DNA from: Antedon mediterranea
Lineage: Eukaryota > Animalia > Echinodermata
DNA length: 64,000 nucleotides
Direction of reading: 5' to 3'
Assembly (NCBI RefSeq): GCF_964355755.1
Contig: NC_092675.1
Span: 15,286,912-15,350,911, forward strand
Shown: piece by piece, positions 41,601 through 50,568 of the stretch
Position numbering within the stretch: the first letter of the stretch is position 1
Layout: the number at the start of each line of letters is the position of its first letter
Notes under the pieces: generated by a model
Databases searched by the model: none
The model's input: the letters and a program-made list of their open reading frames with translations, nothing else
What the model was told of the DNA's origin: nothing
Made by a program: the position numbers and the translations under genes

Positions 41601-44600
41601 ATACTGTACCTTCATCACTTTTTGATAATCTCTATGTTTCGCTATTTTTCCAGATATTGTAATCAAATGTAATTTATCTTTATAATCCGTATGTTTTACT
41701 ATTTTCTCATATACTGTAGATAATGTAATCAGATTCAAACTTTATTATCTGTATGTTTTGATATTTCCTCAATTTAATGTATCAAACTTTATTATCTGTA
41801 TGTTTTGCTATTTTCTCACTTCATTTGAATCAAATTTTAAACACCTTTATGATAAACATTTCCCTCTTGTACACCCTCCAAAATCTAAACGCAAAATTAA
41901 CTGAAATCATGGATGAGCGATGGTCTCCTAAAATCGATTAAACACAAACGCAAACTCATCAGGCATCCTTCAGTCAAGATTGACTATGGAGACGACATTG
42001 GAGAGAATTTCATCCGTTTTCCAGTGAGTCTGTGTGGGTTCCAGTGGCTGATCTAGATTTTCTTTTCAGATACCTTTCTTCATTTTCCATACGATATCTT
42101 TCTTCACTGTGTACAAGTCCTGCCTTAATACAATCTTTCCATGATTTTCGGTCATCAGCCTTTTTTTCCCAGGTGTTAACATTGATGTCCATTGCCTTTA
42201 AGTCTCTTTTACATGCATCTTTGATACGCAAAAGTGGACGTCCTTTGGATCTTTTACAATTCGCTAGCTCACCGTACAACATAACCTTTGGAGTTCTTGT
42301 ACGGCAAATATTTACATAATCTATCAGACAAGAATAAAGATAAATACAAGCAATATTGTTAACAAACTCAACACAATTTTTTAGAGCGTAAAAGCTGACC
42401 ACTTTAAGAATTCGTTCTCTAAGCATAAAAATGATATCAAAGGTACCTGGAAAATTATAAACTCATTACTAAATAAACCTAAGAAAAATGAAACCGACGT
42501 AACCATAAACTGTGACGATAAGTTATCCACCAACCCAACTCTCATCTCTAATTCATTTTAATACTTTTTTTGCACAAATTGGTTCTTCCCTTGCCAACAA
42601 AACATGCCAAGCAAATTTTATTGACTTTTTATTTGAACCTATTCATTGTTTTAATCTGTCCATTTCCCAAGGCGTATTTCCCGACAACTTAAAACTTGCC
42701 AAAATAACACCATTTATTAAATATGGAGACAAATCTAATGTTAACAATTACCGTCCTATTTCCGTTCTTTTAATTTTTGCTAAAACCTTTGAACGCATAA
42801 TTTATGAAGACGTATTCCTTCATCCCAAAACACAAAATTCTCTGCGAGAATCAATAATTTCAATGGCCCTCTTGCAACTCACCAATAATATTGTGGATGC
42901 CTTCGAAAACAATGAATTTGCTATGATGATAATGATGATTACTGCCTTTCCGCTGAAAAGTCTGCCGACATTTCCGCTTGGGCTGCTCCGTAAATCTCTT
43001 TTACCAGTTTCTTCCAATCTGATCTTTCATGGGCTAGTTCTTTAAGTTGTTTGATGTCTTTCTTGGTTTTCAATTGTCCGGGACGATGTTTGTGTTCTGC
43101 TTATAAAGGGTGAGTAGGTCGTTGCTATTGGTACTTTTATTGATCTTTCAAAGGCATGCGACCCCATAGACCATTCAATACTTTTAGCTAAATTTCAAAA
43201 TTATGAAATTCGCGGAATCACTAACAATCTCTTTAAATGTTATCTCTCAGACTTTTTTCCTTTTCCGATGACACCACCGCCCTTTATAGCAATTAGAACT
43301 TTCAGTCACTTGTTGAAACTGTTAATCAAGAACTTTTCAATGTTTTTAAGCTTTCAGTTAATACCAAAAAACCCTGTGCAATTTTTTTTGTATTCCAAAT
43401 AAGCATATTCCTTTTGAGCATGGACAGATTAAAATAAACAAAATTATAATTTCTATTGTAAATAATACCACATTTTTGGGAGTCAACATTGACTCTGGTC
43501 TTACATGGAAACCATATCAAAGAAATTGAAAATAAGATCTCCAAGAACATTGGTATTATTTGTAGATTTTCTTCCTTTATTCCATGCCATATCCTTTGTA
43601 CCCTTTACTGTAGCCTAATCCTTCCATACCTAAATTACTGCAATATTGTCTGATGCAACACCTATCAATCCAAAATTAGTAGCAAAAGAAGGTGGTTCGC
43701 ATTATTACTGGCGCTCCACCTTTAGCCCACACTGACCAATTCATCTCTCAATTTACTTAAACTTAAAGACGTTAATATACTTCAACAAAATAATTTTCTT
43801 CAACCACTGCATTATACCCTCCCCAATTCTGTAATTTATTCCACGCCATATTATTTCAACTTATAAAATTATAAAGAAAAAGTGAAAAATAAATACCTCT
43901 ACTCATTGCAATCGATCAACTGCCTTTGTTTTGCCCCTTTTCTGTTTGTGTCTTGTGTTTCAGTATTTGTGTGTACTGTATGTTCTGTTTGTTTTTGTTG
44001 TGTTACTGCATATGAAAGAGTGTTATTTTGATATCTATGGCTTGCCGAACACAAGTTTCTCTTGGTTTTTCCTTTTGGTTTTACTTTTTGGGACTTTTTT
44101 TAAGACACTTCTTTCTTTTCCAGTCTGTTTTAATTTCATAAGATATTTGTAAATTAAAAGAAATGTTTATTTTTATTTTGTTTTGAAAGAAATAAATGAT
44201 AACTTGAATTGAATATAGATAATGTATTATTAAAATGAAAGATTGAAAATAAAAAAATAAAAAAGTTTGGAAAATAAAAAAATTTACACTGGTAAAGAAA
44301 CCGCAGTTGAATGTTAAAAAAAAGAAAAGTTAATGTAATATAACAATTCATGATATGCATCTAGGTTAAGATACAGTACGGCTTGCAACATGGGGCAGAC
44401 ATCTCGGTCCTAACGGGACACAGATAGCCTACAGTTATTCCTGCCAGCTTACTCAATTAAACTTGGCTATCGGGATTTCACTCGATTTTAAACAAAATGT
44501 CTTTATCATCAAATCTCCCTATGTAATTTTATAATACTATTCCCCACAATATATTCCGATTCTTATATATATTTAATTTGATCTTTATTAATTTGCAGTA

Positions 44601-47600
44601 TAATTTTTATTTTTTAATTACTGTACCTTCACAGGCGCGGTCTGTTCCTAAAATAAACAAAAAATTGAAATGGCTATAGCCACTAATGGGCAACTTAAGC
44701 TCCAGTCCTACTATTGATTTTTTTCTTCAGTCTTCCAAAGGGACTGATTGATGGAAAGTGCCTGTTTCCAGTCACCTTTAGGGTCAAATCAATTATTTTA
44801 ACTGCTCCCTTGTGTATAAAAGAGAGAAAATAGTTGAAACCAGGTTTTTGCAAGGTGAACTCATCATGAACCTGGAAATTACTTTGACTGTGATAAGATA
44901 AGATAAATTTATTGAACAAACGCTTTTGTATCAGCGGCACACGTTTATAATTTATATATAGATTAGAGGGTTCGCTCGCTTCACTCTTGCACCCTCTAGT
45001 GGGTGTACCCGAATGGTCCTCGAAAACATGACCAACGCCTCTGGAAATTGAGGCCCGATTGACACCTATGCATATGACTGATGAGTAATTGGTACTAATC
45101 ATATAGTAAGAACATAAGATGCAAATAATATAATTGTAAAGAACAGTATACGTATTATATTATTATATATATTATCTGAACGTTACACACAGGAGGAAAC
45201 CGTTAATAGGGGTCATAAATCACTGAAACAGTCTATAACGTGACCGTACCAATAGAGACCAAAAGCATGTTTATCAAAGTGGGTGACAGTGAGCGGGGCT
45301 TTAACATTTGTATCACAATCATGACAGCATCTTGTAAATTTTGGAACAAAATGATCAAATAACAACTTTCGTAGCCTACTTATATATCGGTCGTAGACAC
45401 CATTTATAATTATAAATAGAGCAACAAGCAACAGAAATAATCGATAATATAAACAGTAAAGGTTTTTCCCTGGTAGGCCTACCAGGCTTTCTATAGTAAC
45501 ATTGAATCGCACCTAAATTTGATTAAATGATTAATAAATAGCATAAATAATTAGTTTAATTAGCCTCCTATAGTAACATTGAATCGCACCTAAATTTGAT
45601 AAAATGATTACTAAATAGCATAATTAATTAGTTAAATAACTAAAACAAATTGTATTTCACGTAAAGTAAAGGCCTTTATAATGAATAGTTGAATATCTAA
45701 AACAAATAAATTGTTGTTCATGATTCAGTTGAATCACTAAAATCACATTGTAGTTCACGTAAAAGTAAAGGCCTTCAATAATAGTTAAATTACTAAACAA
45801 ATTGTATTTCACATAAATGCCTTCAATCAATATAATTGATTAGTTGAATATCTAAAACAAATTAATTCCAGTAGGCCTAGTTCACGACGATATGTTGAAC
45901 CACTAAAATATTTGTATTTAATATTGAATGTCGCCACCAACTTCCATTTTGCTGGAAGTGACGGACCCGGAAGCCAGTTGAAAAACAGCGCGAGTGTGTG
46001 AAAATAACCCTGCGATATCCACAAATTTCGATAGGTAACGCTAAATTTTGTCGTAAAAAAAGACAAAAAGGGAACAATAGCGTAGTACTGAAAACTAATG
46101 TTATCAAATCTACGTTTCGCGGTACATCTAAGAGAGATAAGGTAGGTATCCAAAGCGGAGATTTATACCGAAGTTTCTGCATTGTGCTCGTCTATGTCAG
46201 AATTAACCATAATTATATATAGATACTAAAAAGCAGTGATAAACATAATATGTGAAAGTGATTGTAAAAAGTGGCTGGTCATAAATCATATACTATTTTA
46301 ACCATATTTTTTCCTTTCCTTTCTACTGTAGTTCCTAAAAATCACTTTTGATAACAACACTGGTTTACTTGACACTGTCATAGACACAGTATCCAACCTG
46401 ACAATGATGGTTAAGCAAACATTTTTATGGTACAACAGCAGTACAGGAACACCAGATTCCTCTCAGGCATCCGGTGCATACATTTTCAGACCAAACCGTA
46501 CTAATCCAATACCAATCATGTTAAGAAATAATGTTTTAACAAAAGTTTATCAGGTACTAAATAATGTTGCCAGTTGATTAAGGAATTACAGGACATAGTC
46601 CGGTCCGGTAAAAAATAATTGGTATATCTAGACAAAATTAGAACAGAATTTATTTTTGTATGCCTCTGAAATCATCTTACTTCAGTTCCCCACTCCGGTG
46701 GTAGTTTGAACAACAATGACAACACAAAGGTGTCAACTTGAATCCGCAAGACTAGGCATATGTTCAAGCTAAGAATCATCTTCAACCCCTCCCAGCAGAT
46801 TTACAATCAGCTCCAGATTCTCTTCTAAAGGTTATTCAATGCAATTGCAAAACTTACTTCAATACAAGGAACTTTAAGACGTCAAGTCATAATCTTTTGA
46901 TGCCTAAATAGTTACATAAATAATTATAAGGTTCACTGAAATCCATTTTTTTTTCTAATAAATCAGGTTTAACACTTTGACTGTTTATAACCAATTTCAA
47001 TGTTTTTACTAATCTTGATTAAAACTACGTATGTTTGATTGATAAGTAATTTAGACTAAAACAATTATAAATATTTTAGCTTTACAATGGTACCAAGAAC
47101 AAATTAATAGCAAATGATCTCTGTGTTTGGCAGTCAAAGTGACTACTATATACATCTGTTTACATTTTCGCAAACTTTTTCCTTTGAGAAAAATGGAAGA
47201 CGTTTTGAAGTATTTTTACCATCTTGAATTTTTAAAAGTTGAACAATTTATTTGTATTATCTCCAGTGATAGTTTCTTGCGAAATATGTTAAATGACTGT
47301 GGTTGAACAAATATTTGCAAAAATCGGATGCTTTAATACTGATATTTGAGAAAACGGCCATTTTAGATATATGCAAATTAGCAATTTTTCTTCATCTCTC
47401 TTTTTTCTCCATTTTTTATATGTTGTTCATATAGGTCTTAGGAAGTAATACAACAAAAATAAATTCTGTTCTAATTTTGTCTAGGTCAAACCGTATTAAT
47501 GCTCCCGTTTAATAGGGGTTGGCTTTAGTGTTATGACTTTGATGATAATATCTTGCCTTAAAAAATAAAAAGGTATACTAAAGTAGAAAGTATTGACATT

Positions 47601-50568
47601 TTTATAAAACTGGGCCACTAATTATAGTATTGATTTTTTTTAGAGTAACCTTATTCAAGAAGTTCATCAAGAATTCAGTCCATGGTTGACCCAAGTTGTA
47701 CGATTGTATAAAGCTCAGAGGCATGCAGAATTTGAATGGACTGTTGGTCCAATTCCATTTCAGTAAGTCATCTAAATTAATATATATTTAAAATACAGAT
47801 AAATAAGTCAGTTTTACAGATGTAGAAATAAATGTAAACATGTTTAAAGGAAAATGCTCCATAATTTTGGATTTGGGAAGCTTGAACATTGTAACTATGT
47901 ATACTTTTTATTTACCTCCGCCAAGGAGGTATGTAGTCGATCACGTTTGTTTGTTTGTTAGCAGGATTACTCAAAGGGTAATTACAAGATCTTTACCAAA
48001 ATGAAAGTACAGATATATAATGTGGTCAAGGACCACTCCATTAAACTTTGGATGCAATCCTGACCACAGTTCCAATTCTGGACCACTTTTTAGTATTATT
48101 TTCAGACCTGCTAGTGTTAAAATATAGGACCACATTTTTAAAAGCCGGCGAGCAGTCTTAAAGTAACAACTAAACTTTCTTAAGAACTACTTTTCCAAAA
48201 AACTTCATATTTGTTCAAGAGGTACTTTGTGCTTTGTAATTTGAAAACATAAATTGATTTAATTTACAGGTTTTTTGATACGAGTAGTTTTAAAAAAACC
48301 TATTTCACCCGTTTGTTTTTGGCGTTGGTGTTCTATTGTTAGTCAACAGAATCTATTGTTAGTTGAAAAGGCTGGTTACATAACCATTACACCAAATTTG
48401 CATACACATGCTTGTAGTGAAATTAGCCTAAATCATACACAAATATATTATATGTTCCCGGAGAAATCTTATGTATGAGAATTTTACAGTAGGCGGAGGT
48501 ATGCACTCTCGGAGTGGCTTTCTAGTTATAACCTTGAATGAAGCAATTATGCTTCGTAATATGTTTGATAATTTACCCATGTAACAAACGTAAGGATCAT
48601 TAGTTTTCTGAATGCAAAGTAGATTTCAATCTTTGATTAAATACTGTATATGATTACTTAACTTTCCTCACATGTTTTTGATCAAACATTATTTCAGATA
48701 GATATATGATATGATAAATATGACGATGTATTTGGTCACAAGCCTTTTAGGCTATTATTTGTGTTGAAGAGCCTATAATTTGAATTTAAGTTTGGAAAAA
48801 ACTGATTATAGAATGTTGAAATCATTAAATCTAAAAATGGTCACAACATTCATCAATTATGAATGAATATTAGGTCATTGCTTGTGATCAGATTCAGTGG
48901 CTGATCACCCAGTGGGCACATCACCCGGTGGGCACATCACCCGGTTGGCACATCACCCGGTGGGCACATCACCCGGTTGGCACATCACCCGGTGGGCAGA
49001 TCACCCGGTGGGCAGATCACCCGGTGGGCACGTCACCCGGTGGGCAGGTCACCCGGTGGGCAGGTCACCCGGTGGGCAGGTCACCCGGTGGGCAGGTCAC
49101 CCGGTGGGCAGGTCACCCGGTGGGCACGTCACCCGGTGGGCACGTCACCCGGTGGGCACGTCACCCGGTGGGCACGTCACCCGGTGGGCACGTCACCCGG
49201 TGGGCACGTCACCCGGTGGGCACGTCACCCGGTGGGCACGTCACCCGGTGGGCACGTCACCCGGTGGGCACGTCACCCGGTGGGCAGGTCACCCGGTGGG
49301 CACGTCACCCGGTGGGCACGTCACCCGGTGGGCACGTCACCCGGTGGGCACGTCACCCGGTGGGCACGTCACCCGGTGGGCACGTCACCCGGTGGGCACG
49401 TCACCCGGTGGGCACGTCACCCGGTGGGCACGTCACCCGGTGGGCACGTCACCCGGTGGGCAAGTCACCCGGTGGGCACGTCACCCGGTGGGCACGTCAC
49501 CCGGTGGGCACACAAGAGGATGTGGAAAGTCTGATGATCAGTACTGTATATTTGTATTTTTACCAAAAGAGATGGATTTGGAAAAGAGATCATAACACGT
49601 TTTGATTCGGATATTAAATCTGGCAAACAATTTTTCACTGATTCAAATGGAAGAGAAATTCTAGAAAGAGTGTAAGTAATTATATGCGTTATTACTCTTA
49701 TGATGTTGATAATTATATAAAGTGATATTCATTCAAGGTGCCTAACTGAAATAATTTGGATATTAAAATGTCTAAATATAATAAATAACTTTAGATTTGA
49801 ATAAAGTTACTCACTATTTTTATGTTTTATTAGAAGTAACAGAGCAAATCCCATCTGCTGTCCATATTATATAAGTTAACATCAATCCCTAGGCAAATTC
49901 CTGCTAAATAAAACTTACTAAAAAGATAACCTCAAGTCCAAAAGAAGTCTCCACATACCGGACATGGCCTCTGAATATTTCTTCACCACCCACCACCCTT
50001 GACTTCTATAGAAAAGAAAGTTCCCAAAATGCTTTCGTTACTATGAGATGCAGTGGAATATTATTTGTTTCCATTTATAGTAAAGATCACCGTGATACTT
50101 GGTTTTACAATGTTACTGAACCAGTGTCTGGTAATTATTACCCAGTCAACAGTCGAATATACATAAAGGTAATGTTTGTAAAAATCAATTAAATAACTGA
50201 AGTGAAATGATAAAGTATAAACCAATAATTTCTTTTATATTCTTTAACCAATAATTTTAACTGACTAAAGTACACAATTAAATATCAAACATTTTACATT
50301 AAATATTACACCAAATAAAATGTATCACCCGATAAATAAAAATCCATGGCAATGTGATACGAGTTATATGGCATCGCATGAATTCTAAATAATTAAATGC
50401 ACAAAGACTGATATAGATTTAAATAATGATATAATGATAATTTTCAATCATAATAATCAATTTTATCTTTATTTTGTGTGAAAACAGGATGACAAGAAGC
50501 AGATGACAATATTGACTGACAGATCACAAGGTGGAAGCAGCCTTCAAGAAGGTTCCATAGAATTAATG
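5455..50568 (+). CDS. MAN2B1: Lysosomal alpha-mannosidase (GH38, MAN2B1-like), partial multi-exon gene; 16 exons visible, both ends outside the window
   Basis: Manually spliced exons (all AG/GT, phases consistent) total 1830 nt = 610 aa. They carry MAN2B1 hallmark motifs [22 protein letters not shown] (acid/base Asp), [37 protein letters not shown] (metal-ligand His), [30 protein letters not shown] and [10 protein letters not shown]. Confidence 0.96.
5877..5963 (+). pseudogene. Decayed partial duplicate of mannosidase exon A
   Basis: [13 protein letters not shown] vs [13 protein letters not shown]; no AG acceptor (tttaat|ATG); truncated by repeat R at 5964. Confidence 0.7.
5964..6270 (+). 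repeat. Repeat R, copy 2
   Basis: Direct similarity to 614-830 and inverted similarity to ~18040-18296. Confidence 0.8.
6335..9620 (+). mobile_element. CR1-group non-LTR retrotransposon (single-ORF, Rex1/Babar-like architecture); boundaries approximate
   Basis: Single EN-RT ORF followed by an AT-rich 3' UTR ending near AATAAA; no TSD identified. Confidence 0.8.
6536..9430 (+). CDS. APE endonuclease - reverse transcriptase ORF (964 aa, uninterrupted)
   Basis: Basic N-terminal [12 protein letters not shown]; APE motifs VTETWL, GGGV, YYPP, GDFN, LD, SDH; RT motifs [36 protein letters not shown]; C-terminal [12 protein letters not shown] and [12 protein letters not shown]. True start codon uncertain. 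Confidence 0.95.
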   Translation: MDTVRYAMTKELHIQVEVNNRPACMHTGSDSRPRKRPRRKRRGVKLRRKIDTRVTFRSVGNKVTQGRNIGNLIPCITGDLAAPTIMYTNAWSLKNKADEFHCTLKKHNVDVAIVTETWLTEETQGIVNFCDYKGVFENRTDKIGGGVACFAADHLEIHPIVTHTDCKFECLWSKISYRSTQNSNTRSIYIGAIYYPPSANYPNQLLEHVGNVIDSIYGMDRLANIIVLGDFNHLNTTYMQSELGMEQMIDFPTHRKNNILDKVFMNRPERYSKATKLAPLGRSDHCCILLKPIHVIPTSNYTTCTIQPYRNSSVRSFGSWRTAHDWCHVLDSESTSVKTNEFLTVLNGKFADFFPVKSICHKKTDKPWMTPRIKRLIVERQLAFSSNHTQQWRRIRNSIQRAITHAKEKFYATSLKCLKSNSPARWHKGIVNLCNLKKNDTFNIPGLSTQAAVEVINQHFATICSELSALDITKLPSYLPASEPPPVIYPGQVKSAIDKLNIQKAGHPEDLPIRLIKEFSFELSYPLADIFNSSLNEGNFPEQWKKATIIPVPKVPDANNCNDLRPISLTPIFSRIFESFLAEWVTNDIKDSLDSKQFGCRRGSSTSHYLVDLINSVVSDLEGGSKYLNLCAVDFTKAFDRVDHNVVINKLISIGVRPSILPTVCSFFLNRTCNTKVKGATSSNSNITCGVPQGTKLGPLLLLVLVNDVAEGTDRRWKYVDDLTLSEVVRSSDSQLLQHTLNQFDDWCLINRVLPKPSKCNVMRISFLKSDCPPSFNLNGHDLKCVNHIKLLGVTLQDNLKWKMHIHDIVAKACRRLYTLIILKKAKAPSKDLLQVYTCYIRPLVEYACPVWHSSITKDQTKSIERVQKRALRIIYGMNYVSYESALKLSDLPSLVNRRVQLLLKFGKGIIKSDTFRSILPPVRDISRTLRSASKPLLKIPFGRTERFRSSPVPFLVRLINDEY
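9782..10270 (-). mobile_element. Truncated Helentron-associated (DINE-1/HINE-like) element
   Basis: 9782-9860 is the reverse complement of the 3' ends at ~48450-48527 and ~53460-53532 (GGCGGAGGT subterminal repeat, hairpin, CTAGTT), followed by TGACCTTG motifs. Confidence 0.6.
11011..11745. repeat. Diverged tandem duplication, unit ~385 bp, two copies
   Basis: aaagttattagcaaaaa..cctataatt..ataggttt..gaaattgcattttt..gtcaata order repeated from 11011 and from 11394. Confidence 0.7.
11749..11871 (-). repeat. 3' LTR of the Gypsy element (~123 bp)
   Basis: On - strand a polypurine tract AGAAAAGGGAAGA is followed directly by TGT...ACA containing AATAAA. Confidence 0.7.
12573..14347. mobile_element. 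Non-autonomous Mutator-like (MULE) DNA transposon
   Basis: ~320-bp TIRs (12573-12894 / 14026-14347) starting with G; perfect 9-bp TSD AACAATTCA at 12564-12572 and 14348-14356. Confidence 0.9.
13102..13896. mobile_element. Second MULE-like MITE nested in the first
   Basis: ~40-bp imperfect TIR with GCCGCCGACAAGTTGAG core; 9-bp TSD CCCCATGTA / CCCCATGCA. Confidence 0.75.
14800..15392 (+). mobile_element. Degenerate CR1-group LINE RT fragment
   Basis: [41 protein letters not shown] and KFMDGTT (decayed GVPQG and DD motifs), followed by stops and frameshifts. Confidence 0.8.
15395..15720. repeat. Degenerate tandem GAGAGGTGGTCGCTTAC-like repeats, probably pogo/Tc1-type MITE subterminal array
   Basis: More than ten imperfect gagaggtggtcg / gagaagtggt units; related ggtggccacttatgggagg motif at the MITE end near 59180-59204. 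Confidence 0.6.
15770..15995. repeat. Short tandem array of TACATTAGCTGG-like motifs
   Basis: Repeated (t)actacattagc / tacataag motifs at roughly 20-30 bp spacing. Confidence 0.6.
16000..17212 (-). mobile_element. Degenerate LTR retrotransposon 5' part (PBS and gag-like remnant)
   Basis: PBS-like TGGCGACC on - strand near 17211; gag-like [28 protein letters not shown] with stops. Confidence 0.55.
17225..17735 (-). mobile_element. 3' end of a CR1/L2-group LINE
   Basis: [43 protein letters not shown], then a 3' UTR ending in an AATAAA/A-rich tail. Confidence 0.85.
17803..18300 (-). repeat. Repeat R, copy 3 (inverted, uninterrupted)
   Basis: Reverse complement of 650-995 joined to 3001-3085, and of 6030-6270. 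Confidence 0.8.
18393..18464 (+). CDS. MAN2B1: alpha-mannosidase exon B (72 nt)
   Basis: tttag|GAT...CAG|gtaatt; encodes [24 protein letters not shown]. Confidence 0.9.
20142..20258 (+). CDS. MAN2B1: alpha-mannosidase exon C (117 nt)
   Basis: ttag|TCA...AAG|gt; encodes [39 protein letters not shown]. Confidence 0.95.
20459..20659 (+). CDS. MAN2B1: alpha-mannosidase exon D (201 nt)
   Basis: cttag|GGA...CAG|gtaaat; encodes [16 protein letters not shown]...[36 protein letters not shown]. Confidence 0.95.
21726..22795. mobile_element. Kolobok-like non-autonomous DNA transposon
   Basis: TTAA|AATGGACCTGAAATGGA ... TCCATTTCAGGTCCATT|TTAA: purine-purine terminus with TTAA TSD. Confidence 0.8.
23540..24140. 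repeat. Palindromic block with one forward and two inverted copies of a ~125-bp unit
   Basis: 23575-23700 inverted at ~23800-23925 and ~23997-24130; 23705-23758 inverted at 23927-23977; outer gggtcctcct / aggaggaccc. Confidence 0.85.
26142..26211 (+). CDS. MAN2B1: alpha-mannosidase exon E (70 nt)
   Basis: tttag|ATT...TTA A|gtaagt; encodes [23 protein letters not shown]. Confidence 0.88.
26402..26441 (+). CDS. MAN2B1: alpha-mannosidase exon F (40 nt)
   Basis: ctcag|AA AGA...GTG AG|gtaat; encodes (K)[12 protein letters not shown](S). Confidence 0.92.
26520..30099 (-). mobile_element. Decayed Academ (AcademX, XPG-nuclease type) DNA transposon
   Basis: On - strand in order: [65 protein letters not shown] (PIN/XPG-like domain plus Cys-rich end). 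Inverted aaaaaatgtcaccgaaaat at 26521 and ~30080-30098. Confidence 0.7.
30284..30353 (+). CDS. MAN2B1: alpha-mannosidase exon G (70 nt)
   Basis: aacag|T GGC...CAG|gtatg; encodes (S)[23 protein letters not shown]. Confidence 0.93.
31833..31946 (+). CDS. MAN2B1: alpha-mannosidase exon H (114 nt)
   Basis: tatag|AAT...TCA|gtaagt; encodes [38 protein letters not shown] (C-x2-LNIS-x-C motif). Confidence 0.9.
32046..33344. mobile_element. PIF/Harbinger-like non-autonomous element
   Basis: TIR AGCTGCTTTCACATCGCGCCCGGATT vs AATCTGGGCGTGATATGAATGCAGCT; TAA/TTA flanks. Confidence 0.7.
34581..34697 (+). CDS. MAN2B1: alpha-mannosidase exon I (117 nt)
   Basis: tacag|TTT...ATA|gtaagt; encodes [39 protein letters not shown]. 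Confidence 0.92.
35065..35564. mobile_element. PIF/Harbinger-superfamily MITE
   Basis: ~45-bp TIR starting AGGGAGTTTTCGCAA; 3-bp TSD ATT. Confidence 0.85.
35724..35850 (+). CDS. MAN2B1: alpha-mannosidase exon J (127 nt)
   Basis: ttcag|ATT...AAG T|gtaag; encodes [42 protein letters not shown]. Confidence 0.9.
36652..36808. mobile_element. Small Harbinger-like MITE inside Sola3
   Basis: ttttccactaggtgaa / ttcgcctagtggaaaa inverted ends. Confidence 0.6.
36833..37230. mobile_element. Harbinger-like MITE inside Sola3
   Basis: agggagtattcgcacaagcacgttaacgtt vs aacgttcatgtgctcgtgcgaa; left terminus resembles the element at 35065. Confidence 0.6.
39826..39911 (+). CDS. MAN2B1: alpha-mannosidase exon K (86 nt)
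   Basis: tgtag|TT ACA...GAA|gtaagt; encodes (F)[28 protein letters not shown]; phase fits exons J and L. Confidence 0.82.
40183..40549. mobile_element. Tc2/pogo-like MITE
   Basis: TA|CCGTATATTTCGGTGTATAAGTCGCAC ... GTGCGACTTATACACCGAAATATACGA|TA. Confidence 0.85.
40819..41140 (+). mobile_element. tRNA-derived SINE with Deu/Nin-domain-like core
   Basis: A box TGGCCGAGCGG and B box GTTCGAAGC in a tRNA-like head; core GGATAAGGACTATAAACC..GGTCC..TAAAGAACC..GAGTAGGGG..CCCCGGTGT; (TTCAA)n tail. Confidence 0.8.
41955..42300 (-). mobile_element. 3' fragment of an RTE-clade LINE
   Basis: [46 protein letters not shown] is the typical RTE ORF C-terminus. Confidence 0.85.
42345..43900 (+). mobile_element. 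Degenerate L2/Crack-like LINE, interrupted at ~42923-43095 by a short - strand RTE-like 3' fragment
   Basis: [34 protein letters not shown] and [15 protein letters not shown] with many frameshifts; the insert carries an (ATG)n / (CAT)n tail. Confidence 0.8.
44375..44962 (-). mobile_element. Helitron-like unit B (5' end intact, 3' end not found)
   Basis: Starts TCTATATATAAATTAT at 44962 on - strand; body matches 1236-1656 plus 2331-2426. Confidence 0.7.
44963..46223 (-). mobile_element. Helitron-like unit A with internal tandem repeats
   Basis: A|TCTATATATA at 46223 (- strand), first ~150 bp match 996-1145; ends in AGAGGG..GAAGCGAGCGAACCCT hairpin and CTAA; internal ~78-bp duplication at 45490-45640. 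Confidence 0.75.
46332..46553 (+). CDS. MAN2B1: alpha-mannosidase exon L (222 nt)
   Basis: tgtag|TTC...CAG|gtac; encodes [13 protein letters not shown]...[23 protein letters not shown]...TKVYQ. Confidence 0.93.
46629..47484. repeat. Inverted-repeat element remnant
   Basis: ctagacaaaattagaacagaatttatttttgt at 46629 is inverted at ~47453-47484. Confidence 0.6.
47644..47762 (+). CDS. MAN2B1: alpha-mannosidase exon M (119 nt)
   Basis: tttag|AGT...TTT CA|gtaagt; encodes [39 protein letters not shown]. Confidence 0.94.
47911..48527 (+). mobile_element. Helentron-associated non-autonomous element (DINE-1/HINE-like), copy 1
   Basis: TTTACCTCCGCCAAGGAGGT start, (GTTT)n microsatellite, GGCGGAGGT subterminal inverted repeat, CACTC.C.GAGTG hairpin, CTAGTT end in a T-rich site. 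Confidence 0.8.
48905..49512 (+). repeat. GC-rich minisatellite, 16-bp unit TCACCCGGTGGGCACG, about 38 copies
   Basis: Direct reading; variants CACA / CAGA / CAGG / CAAG in place of CACG. Confidence 0.97.
49570..49671 (+). CDS. MAN2B1: alpha-mannosidase exon N (102 nt)
   Basis: caaaag|A GAT...AGA GT|gtaagt; encodes (Q)[33 protein letters not shown](V). Confidence 0.92.
50081..50168 (+). CDS. MAN2B1: alpha-mannosidase exon O (88 nt)
   Basis: tatag|T AAA...AAG|gtaat; encodes [29 protein letters not shown]. Confidence 0.94.
50488..50568 (+). CDS. MAN2B1: alpha-mannosidase exon P (81 nt)
   Basis: aacag|GAT...ATG|gtaaa; encodes [27 protein letters not shown]. Confidence 0.94.

Noticed and set aside
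48897-49605. Three overlapping repetitive ORFs ([16 protein letters not shown])n, or a CRISPR-like array
   Set aside because: A stop-free 16-bp unit opens all three + frames automatically. There are no unique spacers or cas genes, and it lies in a eukaryotic intron.
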